Assembly: GCA_964016885.1 (NCBI GenBank)
Contig: CAXHJY010001261.1
Location: forward strand, 24,988-88,987
Length of the DNA: 64,000 bases
Direction of reading: 5' to 3'
DNA from: Eledone cirrhosa
Taxonomy: Eukaryota
The translations under genes and the position numbers were made by a program. Below the pieces are notes generated by a model. The model was given only the letters and a program-made list of their open reading frames with translations, was not told the origin of the DNA and ran no database searches. Shown one piece after another: positions 15,001-27,700 of the stretch (within the stretch, counting starts at the first letter, position 1; each line of letters begins with the position of its first letter).

Positions 15001-17705
15001 AAGAGAGTGGGACTGGCTTTGTGCAGTGCCTTTGCTCACTATAAAAGCTTCACGGCACAGGCATTGCTTTATATCTGGAGATCTCTCTGCACTTGTCATC
15101 ACATGGTACCATGCACCCAGCACTATGTGTCAATAATTGTCACAAGTGTAGTGTTTGTACCAAATTTTTCAAGTCGCTGTCTGGACTAAAAAGTCACTCG
15201 TTCAGCGCATCGGTAGGGGTTCTCCTACATGGATATAAAGTAGTGGCCGTACTCGAAAATGAGTTGGCAGCCACCATATACATACATATGTATGTATATA
15301 TACATATATATATCCTTACTCAGTAGGAGTAGATGAATGGCTTGTGAAAGCTGTACAAGCCATGTATAGGGGAGCAGTCAGCAAAGTTAGGATTAGCAAT
15401 GAGTATAGCGAGGAATTTAGTGTACAGGTTGGGGTCCACCGGGGCTCTGTTCTTAGCCCTCTCCTGTTCATCATAGTCCTGCAGGCAATTACGGAGGAGT
15501 TTAAGACCGGATGCCCATGGGAACTCCTGTATGCTGATGACCTCGCACTTATAGCTGAATCTATGGTAGAACTAGAGAAGAAATTCCAAACTTGGAAGTA
15601 GGGACTAGAAGGAAAGGGTCTCAAAGTCAACATGACAAAGACTAAGGTCCTTGTAAGTAGACGAGAAAACAGAACCCAGATCCCCTCAGGGAAATGGCCT
15701 TGCTCAGTATGTAGGAAAGGTGTAGGTAGGAACTCCATTCTCTGCGCCAAATGCAAACAATGGGTACACAAGAGATGTAGCGGGATCTCAGGAAGCTTAA
15801 TTAAGAATGTAGGCTTCACATGCAACAGCTGTACTGGGACAGCAAGCAGCAAACAGCCACAGGGAACAAGTACCACCATGGATATAAAGTAGTGGCCGTA
15901 CTCGAAAACGAGTTGGCAGCCACCATATATACATATATATGTATGTATGTATGTATGTGTGTATGTGTGTATGTATGTATGTATGTATGCATATATATAC
16001 ATATACATATATATATATGTATATATATACATGTATATATATACATAAATGAGAATAAATGGGAGAAAGACAGTCTCCCCCACATCGATCCAATAGAGGG
16101 ACCAGCAGTGCTAGTTGAAGGTAGTATAATAAGTAAGACAATCAAAGATATGAAGACGGGTAAGGCGGCTGGGCCTTCGGAAATAGTTGCTGAAATGCTG
16201 AAAGCATCTGGAACGGTGGGATGCACTATGGTCACCCGGATAGTAAACCAAGTCATACAGAATGGGGTCGTTCCGAAGGACTGGCGCATCATCATTAACT
16301 GCTACAAGGGTAAAGGAGATGCCCTAGATAGGGGTAACTATAGAGGCATTAAATTAATCGACCAGGTCATGAATATCACAGAAAAAGTTAATAACGCAAC
16401 TAATTAGAGAGCGAATTGATCTAGATGAAATGCAGTTCGGGTTTGTGTCAGGTAAAAGTACCACAGACGCTCTTTTCGTTGTACGACAACTACAGGAGAA
16501 GTACCTAGCTAAAAGTAAACCCCTATGCTTAGCTTTTGTTGACTTGGAGAAAGCCTTTGACAGAGTCCCCCGCTCTATTATCTGGTGGGCTCTTAGAAAA
16601 CTAGGCGTTGATGAATGGCTTGTGAGAGCTATACAAGCCATGTATAAAGAAACAGTCAGCAAAGTTAGAATTAACAACGAATATAGTGAAGAGTTTAGCG
16701 TAAAGGTTGGTGTTCATCAGGGCTCTGTCCTTAGCCCCCTCCTATTTATTATTGCCCTTGAGGCTATAACAGAGGAGTTCAAGACCAGCTGCCCATGGGA
16801 ACTCCTATACGCAAATGATCTAACGCTCATAGCTGAATCAATGGCCGAACTAGAGAAGAAATTCCAAATATGGAAGCATGGCCTAGAATCAAAAGGCCTT
16901 AAAATTAACCTGTCGAAGACTAAAGTTTTAGTTTGTAGGAAGGAAAATAGGGCACCAATCCCATCTGGGAAATGGCCATGCTCAGTGTGTAGGAAAGGAG
17001 TAGGCAGAAACTCCATTTTATGTCCCAAATGCAAAGTATGGGTGCATAAAAGATGTAGTGGGATCACAGGTAAGCTAACTAAGAATATAGATTTTATATG
17101 TGGCTGGTGCTCTGGTGCAATAAGTAGCAGCAAGTGCCCACAGAATACTAGCTCATTCCATTGCACAGATGGTTCTATAGAAAGAGTGGACACCTTCCGT
17201 TACCTGGGTGACAAAATCAGCAGTGGTGGAGGGTGCTCCGAAAGTACAGTAGCTACAGTCAGAACGGGATGGAAAAAGTTCAGAGAGCTTATACCACTAT
17301 TGGCCGCTAAAGGTTTCTCACTAAAAATGAAAGGTAGGCTGTATGATGCCTACATACGAACAGCAATGTTGCATGGCAGTGAGACCTGGGCATTGTGTGC
17401 AGAGGATATACGCAGACTGGAGAGGAACGAAGCTTGCATGCTCTGCTGGATGCGTAATAGTAATATACATGAACGGCAAAGCATAAACGAACTAAGCGAG
17501 AAATTAGGAATAAGAGGGATCAGATGCTGTTTACTCGAGAGAAGACTACGTTGGTACAGTCACGTGATGCACATGAAAGACGGCAGCTGTATAAAAAAGT
17601 GTATACATACATATATATGTATACATACATACATATATATGTATACATACATACACATCTATACATATGTATACATACATATATATGTATACATACATAT
17701 ATATG

Positions 17706-17764
<59 letters not shown>

Positions 17765-17801
17765 GTATACATACATATATATGTATACATACATATATAT
17801 G

Positions 17802-17832
<31 letters not shown>

Positions 17833-18421
17833 GTATACATACATATATATATATATGTATACATATATATATATATATGTATACATACATATATATATAT
17901 ATGTATACATACATATATATATATATGTATACATACATATATATATGTATACATACATATATATATATATATGTATGTATACATATATATATGTATACAT
18001 ACATATATATATATATATATATGTATGTATACATATATATGTATGTATACATATATATATATGTATCTATATATATATATGTATCTATATATATATATGT
18101 ATCTATACATATATATGTATGTATACATATGTATATGTATGTATACATATATATGTATGTATACATATATATGTATGTATACATATATATGTATGTATAC
18201 ATTTGTTGTTAATTGTATTACGGCTCTGTCCTCTGACATTGAGCTAACCATATACTGCCTATTTGATAAGTGGAGTGTTACACACTCCCAATTCTCTCCC
18301 TTATATATTATACATACATATATATATATATATGTATACATACATATATATATATGTATACATACATATATATATATGTATATTTACATATATATATGTA
18401 TATATACATATGTATATATAC

Positions 18422-18468
<47 letters not shown>

Positions 18469-18667
18469 TATATATATGTATATATACATACATATATATA
18501 TGTATATACATATATATATATATATATATATGGCGTTGTTATTTGACGTTGTTGAAAAGAGCAGTGGCCTTTGACCCGGCAATAAAAACTGGAGACAAAA
18601 TTCTTTCTGTAGCAAAAACAAGGCACACACACACAAGTTTGTGTGTACATATGTATGTGTGTGTGTA

Positions 18668-18718
<51 letters not shown>

Positions 18719-21700
18719 GATACAGATATTGTTTGCTCACTGTCACCAAGCATCTCAATTCATTTGTTACAAGTTTGTGATCGGGACACTTTATTTTTCC
18801 CTTGAGTTTGTGATTCCAGAGAAAGGTAAGAAATTCTTCATATGAAATAATGAAATTATTGTGTACAGTGCTCAGGTGCACTACAACTCATCAAAGGTGC
18901 ATGTATAGTACATAGAATAATGTACAAATGTCAGGAAAATAAACAGTGTATGAGTCATGATATAATAACAATAACAATAATGAAATATTGTGCACAGTGC
19001 CCAGGTGCACCACAACCCATCAAAAAAGTGCATGTACAGTACATAGGGCAATGCACAAACATCAGTAAAATGAACAGTGCACACATGTGTGCATGTGTAT
19101 GGAAGGGGCACATCAGGTGTAGTTTTGGCGTATTTCGGGAAGCATGAGTGTCTTAAAGGACGCAGTGTCTCGGCAGCTAACAATTGACGCAGGCAGTTTG
19201 TTCCATGTTTCAGCAACTCTGAGCGTGAAAAAATGTCTGCGAAAGTCATGGGAGCTGTGCTGTTTTCTTATCTTGTAGGCATGTCCACGTGTGTTAGATA
19301 CATGGAGATCAAAGAGGCGCTCAGGGTTGCAGTTGGCGAGATGGTTAAAAACTTTGTGGGTATTCACCAAGTCCACTGCCAGACGTCGGAGCTTCAATGA
19401 ATCCATGCCCAGGGAAGCAAGGCGTTCAGAGTATGGTAGGTGTCTGATGGAGGGTATGCGCTTGGTTGCACGTCTCTGAACAGTTTCCAGGAGGTCAATG
19501 TTCCGAGCAAGATAGGGGTTCCAGACTGATGATGCGAATTCCAAGTGTGGTCGCACCATAGCTGTATACAGTTTTAAATAGATGGCTGGAGAGCGGCTAA
19601 CAAAGGTCTTGCTGAGTGATGCCAAGACACCCTCGGCCTTCTTGACAATCTTAGAGACATGCTTTGTCCAACGCAAATCGTTGCTGACAGTAATGCCCAG
19701 GTCACGTTCACAAGAGGACTTTTTGATGTCAGTGTTGTGGAGGGAGTATGTGGACGCTGGATTTTTCCTTCCAAAATGCATGGTGGTACACTTGTCCACA
19801 GCCAGCTTCAGTTGCCAGTCTGTGATCCATTGCTGCATTGTGTCCAGGTCTGATTGTAGGAAAGAGTTGTAAATTTCAGGATCAGTCCTTTTGATTTCAA
19901 GGTACAGCTTGATGTCATCTGCATATTTTAGTACCGTGGCATTCTGTAAGTTGGCATCTATGTCATTAATATATGCCACAAACAAAAGAGGACCAAGAAC
20001 AGATCCCTGTGGTACACCAGATGACATCTCATATGGTGAAGAATGCTGTCCTAGAACTGTGACTACTTCCTTTCGGCTGAGAATGAAGGATTTCAGCCAG
20101 TCGAAAAGATCATCCCTCACACCCATTGCAGAGAGTTTTGCCATAAGTCTTTTGTGTGGCACAGAATTAAAAGCCTTAGCAAAGTCAAGGTAAACAACAT
20201 CCACCCATGAGCCGCTGTCAGTGATCCGGGTGATGTCCTCAAGGAACTCGATAAGCTGATCACAGCAGCTGGAGTTAGGGATAAATCCAAACTGTGAGGG
20301 CCGGATGAGGCTGTGAGAGCTCCAGAAGTTCCAAAGTGTTTCTCTGACACAGGATTCCATCAGTTTGGCCATACAGCTAGTAAGACTGACTGGACGATAG
20401 TTGACAGGTGACATGCGGTTGCCCTTTTTGAACAGGGGAATGACACTGGCAGTTTTCCACTGCTCTGGAGTAGCACCATTGCTGAGACAGTATTGAAAGA
20501 AAAAAGAAAGCTGGCGCAAAAGGAAATCCCCGCCACGTTTGAGAAGCAGGTATGTCACACCATCAAGACCAGGGGAGGCATAGTTGCGCTTATTCTTAAG
20601 GTGACGTCGCAACATTGCAGGTGTAAATTCCATAGTTGTTATGGAATTTGATGTTAGAGATGGTGGAGATGGTACATTCTGGTTTTCAACAGTAAAAATA
20701 CTTGCATAGCACTCAGCAATGAGTTCTGCGCATTCCTTGGGATCGTCAGTGATCTGGCTTGTGTGGGGATTGCGAAGAGGACCAACTGGAGAGTGAGGTC
20801 TCTGCTTTGAATGAACATATTTCCAGAACACCTTACTGTCGGGATTGGTTGCGATGCACTGTTCAAATTCAAGCACTGCCTTCTTTGTCACTTGCTTGAG
20901 ATGGTTAGAAGATTTATTCCGCTTTTTTCTGTTGGCATCTGATCTATGCAGTTTATGTTCCCGTTCAGCGTTCCGACGTTCTTTCCTGGCAAGTCGGACT
21001 GCTGAAGTTTCCCAGATTGCACTTTTGGGGTGGTTATTTTTCCGCTTCCGTGGCACTGATGCTGCACACGCTATCCATATTGAGTCCAGGATGCTCTGGA
21101 GTATAGAGTTCACATCTCCAGAGTTATACATCTCATGCCAGTTTGGGCGCTGTAGCTCAGTGCAGTACAAGTTCCAATCTGCCCTCTTCCAATCAAAGCA
21201 AGCAGATTGGAGATGGCTCTGGTTTTTGTTGCTGCCCTCAAGTGCCAGATTGGCAATGATCATAGCATGATCAGAGTCGCCTAGAGGTTCCTCAGTAGTA
21301 CAACTGATAACCACCTCAGGAGTAGTGGTGAAGATCAGGTCCAAAGTGTTGTCACCTCTTGTTGGAGAGGTGACTACTTGTGACCAGTTTGAGTCCAGCA
21401 CTAGTTCAAGGAAATCGTTTGCACCCTGTGGCCAACGAAAGGTTTCCCAATCGATCTCAGGATGATTGAAGTCACCTGCAATAAACACATAAGTGGCTGT
21501 TTTCTTGGCAGCAACTCTGAGGATATCGCAAAGCTGTGTGTCCTGATGGTAGTTTGGGGGGCGATAAACAACACCAAGCAGAAGTGTTGACATGGTCATA
21601 CGTATGTCACAGAAAAAAACTTCTTCCTGTGATTCGTTCAAATCAACGCAAGGAATTACCGAAAAGTTTGAACGAACACGGCGGTTAATGCGGTCCTTGC

Positions 21701-24700
21701 GGAAAAGGTTGTACCCAGTAATGGTGAAAACCCCATCACAGAGTAAGGAATGTGCCCATGTTTCCGTGACTGTGATGAAGTCAGGGTCGATGCTTCTGAC
21801 GTAGGATTCGAACAGATGTATCTTGTTGCATAAACTGCGAGCATTTAAGGACAACAATTTGTACCCTGCTCGCAGTTTATGATGGTGTGTAGAGGGTGGC
21901 AGCTTGTTCTGATTTAGTTTCCCAGAGTTGTAGCAGTTTTTACATTGCCAGTTATTGTGGGTAGATCACACTCAGACCAGCTGGTATCTCTCTTCCACGT
22001 TTCACCAGCCTTGACAAACCTCCAGATCTGCCCATCATCACGCAGACTGAAACTTTCATCTTGTGCTGAGTTCCGATTCAAGGAAGCTGCAGCACGTAGT
22101 TTTGGACGTACATGGGGTGGTAGGCCTGGGCGTGTTCGGAAGGTAATCCGATTTTCACGCCCAGCTTTAGCAGAGGCCAGATGATATGAGGTTGCCTCTG
22201 CGGGGTCCGAGAAAGACAGCCTGATGAGTCTGGGTTTTGGACCAGGTCGACCAAGGCGGAGGGCACCCTTTGGGGGAACACAGCCTAGGTCTTTGGCCGA
22301 GCTGGCAGCAAATGCCTGAAGATCGGCCTTGTCCTCTGGTACCCCAATGGCAATCACTTCATGGGTAGCAGATTCCGCAGTCTTTTCAGTCTTTCCAGCA
22401 AGAGGTACAGGGAGATTCTTTAGCAAGGCATTCCGATAAGACCCCTCATTGTGGGGTCCTACCCGAATGCTTGCCTCTATTCCTGCAACTTCCTTTCTCA
22501 GAGCAGAAATCATTAGTTGCAGTTCCGCAAAATCTGTACTGGTCGGTTGTTGTTGTTGTTGTTGCTGCTGCTGCTGTCGTTGTTGGTGATGATGTTCCTC
22601 CACGGGAATGGCAGGGGAGGACACAGTCGCAGGTTGTTGCTGTTGTTGTTGTTGTTGGTGATGATGATGTTCCTCCACGGGAATGGCAGGGGAGGACACA
22701 GTCGCAGGTTGTTGCTGTTGTTGTTGTTGGTGATGATGATGTTCCTCCACGGGAATGTTAGGGGAAGACACAGTCACCAGTTGTTGGTGTCGAGATGTAC
22801 TGGGAGTGGAAGACATGGGTTGTTGTTGTTTCTGATGTTCTCCCACAGGAATAACAGTAGAAGCCAGTGTCATAGGTTTTTGCCGTTGTTCAGTAACAAT
22901 GGTAGAGGAAGACACAGTCATTGGTTTTTGTTGTTGTTGTTGTTTTTCAATAACATTAATAACATTCGTGGAGGCAGGCACACAGGCCAGACACTGAAAG
23001 GACCAGGATTTTAGCTGGACCATCTCCCATATTCCATCCATCATAGCATTATGATGTCTCTTTTTTTGGCCTGGGATCCTCCGGAAGCCTGTGGCGCATT
23101 GAAGGCAGACAGAGATGCGACAGGTTCCACATTCGACCCAGCGATTACGGAACGAGTTTTCGGGTTCCGCACAGATATGGCAGATGTGATTTTCTGGGCA
23201 ATGTTCTATCTTGGGACATCGGCCGGTTTTGTCGCATATTTCATCGATGGATATCACCATGGCAATTTTGTTATTTCTACCCATCCGTAGAAAAACACAG
23301 AATGTAAACAATATAGGTTTAGCGCACTTGATTACGATAGAAATAAAATGTCTGTTTTTTTGTGTATTTTGTTTCCGTTTTCCTAAATGTTGTGTGTGTA
23401 CAGAAGAGTCTGAATTACATTACATGTAAACAAATAAATATGCTGCGTAAGTTAAATGAAACGTACTGTAGAAGGCAGTTGTTTATTAACAGCGAAATAA
23501 GGTTTTTTTTTGTTTTTTTTTCCCCTGATACTGCTTCTTTATAGTAAACTTTCAGTAATATTTTTTTTTCCAAATTATTAACTTTCAGCTGCTAGTATAT
23601 ATATATATATAATTAAAAGGTGTATGTGGGTTAGAAGCGAGGTCAATGTTAAGAAATATTTTACCAATGTAAATTGGTAAAATTGGCCGGTATAGTGTCT
23701 CACACGAAATAGTGTGGTTTCTTTTCACGTGTGTGTATATGCATATGGTATGTATCTGTATATAAATCTGTGTGTATATTGTTGTTTATATGTTTTGTGG
23801 AGTACTTACTGCGATCCTTAAGGGACGTAGTGATTTGTTTTGTTTTTTTTTTCTTTTTTCCCCGTCCATGTCCACACGTGGTTTGTTGGCGAAAATCAAG
23901 TCAAATTATATATACTTCGTTAAAATAATTCTATCTTGAAACTGGTACTAGTTGTCAGGGAACAGTGAAAGTAATTGTGATAATGAATATTGTAATCCAT
24001 CTGACATGTGTTTAAAGGGCAGTTTTTGGTGAAAATATTATATTTTGTTCGGTCAAGACGTGGTCAAGCGACCTTCCTTGTCGCCATGTTAACTCCCTAT
24101 ATGAGGGCCGGATGAGGCTGTGAGAGCTCCAGAAGTTCCAAAGTGTTTCTCTGACACAGGATTCCATCAGTTTGGCCATACAGCTAGTAAGACTGACTGG
24201 ACGATAGTTGACAGGTGACATGCGGTTGCCCTTTTTGAACAGGGGAATGACACTGGCAGTTTTCCACTGCTCTGGAGTAGCACCATTGCTGAGACAGTAT
24301 TGAAAGAAAAAAGAAAGCTGGCGCAAAAGGAAATCCCCGCCACGTTTGAGAAGCAGGTATGTCACACCATCAAGACCAGGGGAGGCATAGTTGCGCTTAT
24401 TCTTAAGGTGACGTCGCAACATTGCAGGTGTAAATTCCATAGTTGTTATGGAATTTGATGTTAGAGATGGTGGAGATGGTACATTCTGGTTTTCAACAGT
24501 AAAAATACTTGCATAGCACTCAGCAATGAGTTCTGCGCATTCCTTGGGATCGTCAGTGATCTGGCTTGTGTGGGGATTGCGAAGAGGACCAACTGGAGAG
24601 TGAGGTCATGTTTTGCAGTTTGAATTGTAGAATTGTCTAACTACTCAAAATATTACAACAGCTAACAGTGAAATATAGAGTTTAAAAAAAAAGAAGCTTT

Positions 24701-27700
24701 TTTTACTGAGATCAAGTCTTTGAGAACATTCACGTCTATTTTTCAAAATTATATAATTTGAAATAGTTTGCTTTTGTTTTGGACTGAAACTTTTTTGTTT
24801 TTAATTCGTACGAGTATTTTTTAAAGTTTCTAACACAACTTGATTTGGGCCAGTAATCTACTGATATCAAAATTAGTAGTATATTGAAAAATGAAAAAAT
24901 AGGGTAGGGGGGCGTTTCTTGATTTCGAGGGAGCAAAAGGGGGCATTTGGCCGAAATGGGTTGAGAATCTGTGGTGTAGAGGAAAGAATAGCAATGAATA
25001 TATGGGTTCTTTAGAAGGTCACATAATGATATAACATGAGAAATTGCCAGAGTAAAATTTTACAATGAATCCCCATTAAAGTAGTAACAATATCCATGTT
25101 ACCATCATCAACACCACCACTTAACGTCCATTTTCCACACTTGCATCAGTTAGATAAGTTGTCCCATCAAGAGAACACAAACCACATTTACAGTGTGGTC
25201 TGGGTGTTTTTTATTGTGGCACCAAAACAACCAACTGACAGATTGGACAGGGACGGGGGGGGGGGGTTTATCATGTCAACAACAAGACCACTTAATAGAG
25301 CAGACTGGGTGCTTTTTGTTTGAAAGAGAATATTATTTGAAACTTGTATCATGGACAAAACAAGTTATGACAAGATTGTGATAAACAGTAAAATAGAGAA
25401 AAATACAGCTGCCTCAGTTTGTTCAAGTTGACTGATCAACCTTTGTTAAAAAAAATCTAAAGAATGAAAAATGGTTAATGGTAGTGCCCTAGCATGGCCG
25501 CAGCCAGTCGACTGGAACTTATAAAAGATTAAAAGGATTACACACTTGCTCCTAAAACTACTATGCTATTTTTTAAAGCAAGATACACATTATTAATATA
25601 TTTACTGCTTGATTGGTAGCATGTCAAGAGAGTTCATATTAAAGTTAAATTCAATTAAAGCAACAGGTGTAGAATTTAACATTTCAGATTTCTCCTTTTG
25701 TTTGAGAATGAGAAAAAGTTAGTGCTGACGTTTCAGGTACCTACAGCCTCAGCAACAACACCAACTATCTTTCTCAGGAAATGCCCCAAAAGTTACAATT
25801 TCACACTTACAGCAATCCAGTTTTTGCAGATTTCAGATATTACTCTACTATATCATACCCACCCTGCAGCTGGGTGGGTATTGACTACTGATAATTATAA
25901 TAGAAAGGGCATCCAGCTGAGAAATCACTGGCTGAAACAGTATTCAAGCATCCAAATTCTCAAAAGTTATCTAACCAATATTTGCATGAGAAAATGGGTT
26001 AAAATGTTTTTGTTTTTTATGCGCGTATTTGTGTGTTTAATTGTACATGGGTGGCTATTTTTTTCATTTTTGACATTGTAAACAATTTAAGATGCCAGCT
26101 TCAAAGATAAGTTGAAGCCCAAAGCAGAAGGATATTCTATATAGCACAGCCAAACCTATCGAGACATTTTCTGTCATTAATAGCAAACCCTAATCATTTT
26201 AATTCAATAGAGACATGGAGAAACTTCTATGCAAATATTCCACCCCAACTGCAAAATCTTCCCTTAAGCATGAAATGAAAGTGTCCCAGCATTCTTTTGT
26301 GAGTCACTAATATCCAAATCATTTTCCCTGGTTGCTCCCCACCATTTTCTGTTTAGTTTTGGTCAAGTAGATATAGCTGTACTCACCACGCTGGACCAAT
26401 TGTGGGCTGGAGAGGCTATTTAACCCATAGGTAGGGTGGATGGCTATTGACTGAGGCGTTCATCTGCCCTTTTAACAGCTCTTGTATTTTATTTTTGTTT
26501 TTTTTGTGTTGCTGGGGCTCCACTTACCCTCCTCACCAGAACAGAATCACGTGGGGAGCTGGTTTAGATGTGGGGTAGGCAATTCAGTCTGGGGTATCCA
26601 ACATTTCCCAATACTACAACCAGAAATAGCAGAAGCAAAATGAATGTGGTACTGGGTTACCAACTGGTAGATTGAGTTAAAATCTGCAAGTGTTCTGTTG
26701 GGTATGCTAGGCAGAACATTTTATTTTGCATTACATCTGTTCACCTCAATACTCCTGGTATCAGATACACTAAGAATGTTACTTAGCATGATAAAACTGG
26801 AGTTCAGCCCTTTAAAAGCCTGAAATTTAAGTTATATGAAATCAGATAAGTGAAAGCATCTAAATCAAGAATTTAACCAACGATCAAACTGGGTATAAAA
26901 CCACATGCAGCTTTTTAAGGTAATCTAATTGTGATTATTCCCATATATTTGTATATGAAGGAGTATATTAATCAATGTGTACTTCCTTTTCTTAAGATAG
27001 GTCTAACACACGTGGACATGCCCACAAAGTAAGAAAACAGCACAGTTCCCATGACTTTCGGAAACATTTTTTCACGCTCAGAGTTGCTGAAGCATGGAAC
27101 AAACTACCTGCATCAGTTGTTAGCTGTCGAGACACTGCATCCTTTAAGGCCTCCATGCTTCCCGAGATCCGCCAACACTACAGCTAACACATACAAACAT
27201 GTACTTCCCTGGCATTTGTGTATTATTCTATGTACTATATTGACGAGTTGTAGTGCACCTGAGCACTTTACACAATAATTTCATTATTATTATTATTATA
27301 GTAAAGAGCAATTTGAGTGAATTTGGCTTATATTTGAAGCATGTTGAGTGACCATGTAGGTAGTAACCTGAGAAAAGTTGATGATAATTATTTCAAGTGA
27401 CACTTACCAGTGAAATTGGTGCCTCCAATGCACTTTCAGGAAGACATTCAAATTTTGAAGATGATATCTCCTGTGGATAATCTGCAAAACAATGCAAATG
27501 TTAGAAAATAAAAGTTATGTAAAAAATAAAGATTTAAATTATTATCACCGCAATCTATGACAGCAAAAACGTTTTAAAGTAGCGGCTCTAATAAACATAT
27601 AAGCAAGTTGAGTCATACAAGCTGTCCTTTGAATCTTTAAAGATGTCAAGTGGAGCTAGGACAATGGCTACTGCAAGAGCAGCCAGTGACACATGCTTTG

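Larger units (their letters stand above)
18845..24100 (-). mobile_element. Near full-length CR1-clade LINE (ORF1 + ORF2 + UTRs)
   Basis: Two long ORFs; 3' end GTAGTGCACCTGAGCACTGTACACAATAATTTCATTATT shared with the truncated copy at 27007-27299, which has an (ATT)n tail. The 5' boundary is approximate. Confidence 0.88.
9615..24973. mobile_element. Non-autonomous hAT-type element swollen to 15.4 kb by nested retroelements
   Basis: TIRs CAAAGGTTCTCAAC (9615) and GTTGAGAATCTGTG (ends 24973), 12/14 match; identical 8-bp TSD GTGTAGAG at 9607-9614 and 24974-24981. Confidence 0.8.

Noticed and set aside
18716-18845. Short open frame [23 protein letters not shown] next to the CR1 3' end
   Set aside because: Too short and unrecognised to call a captured gene or transposase remnant.
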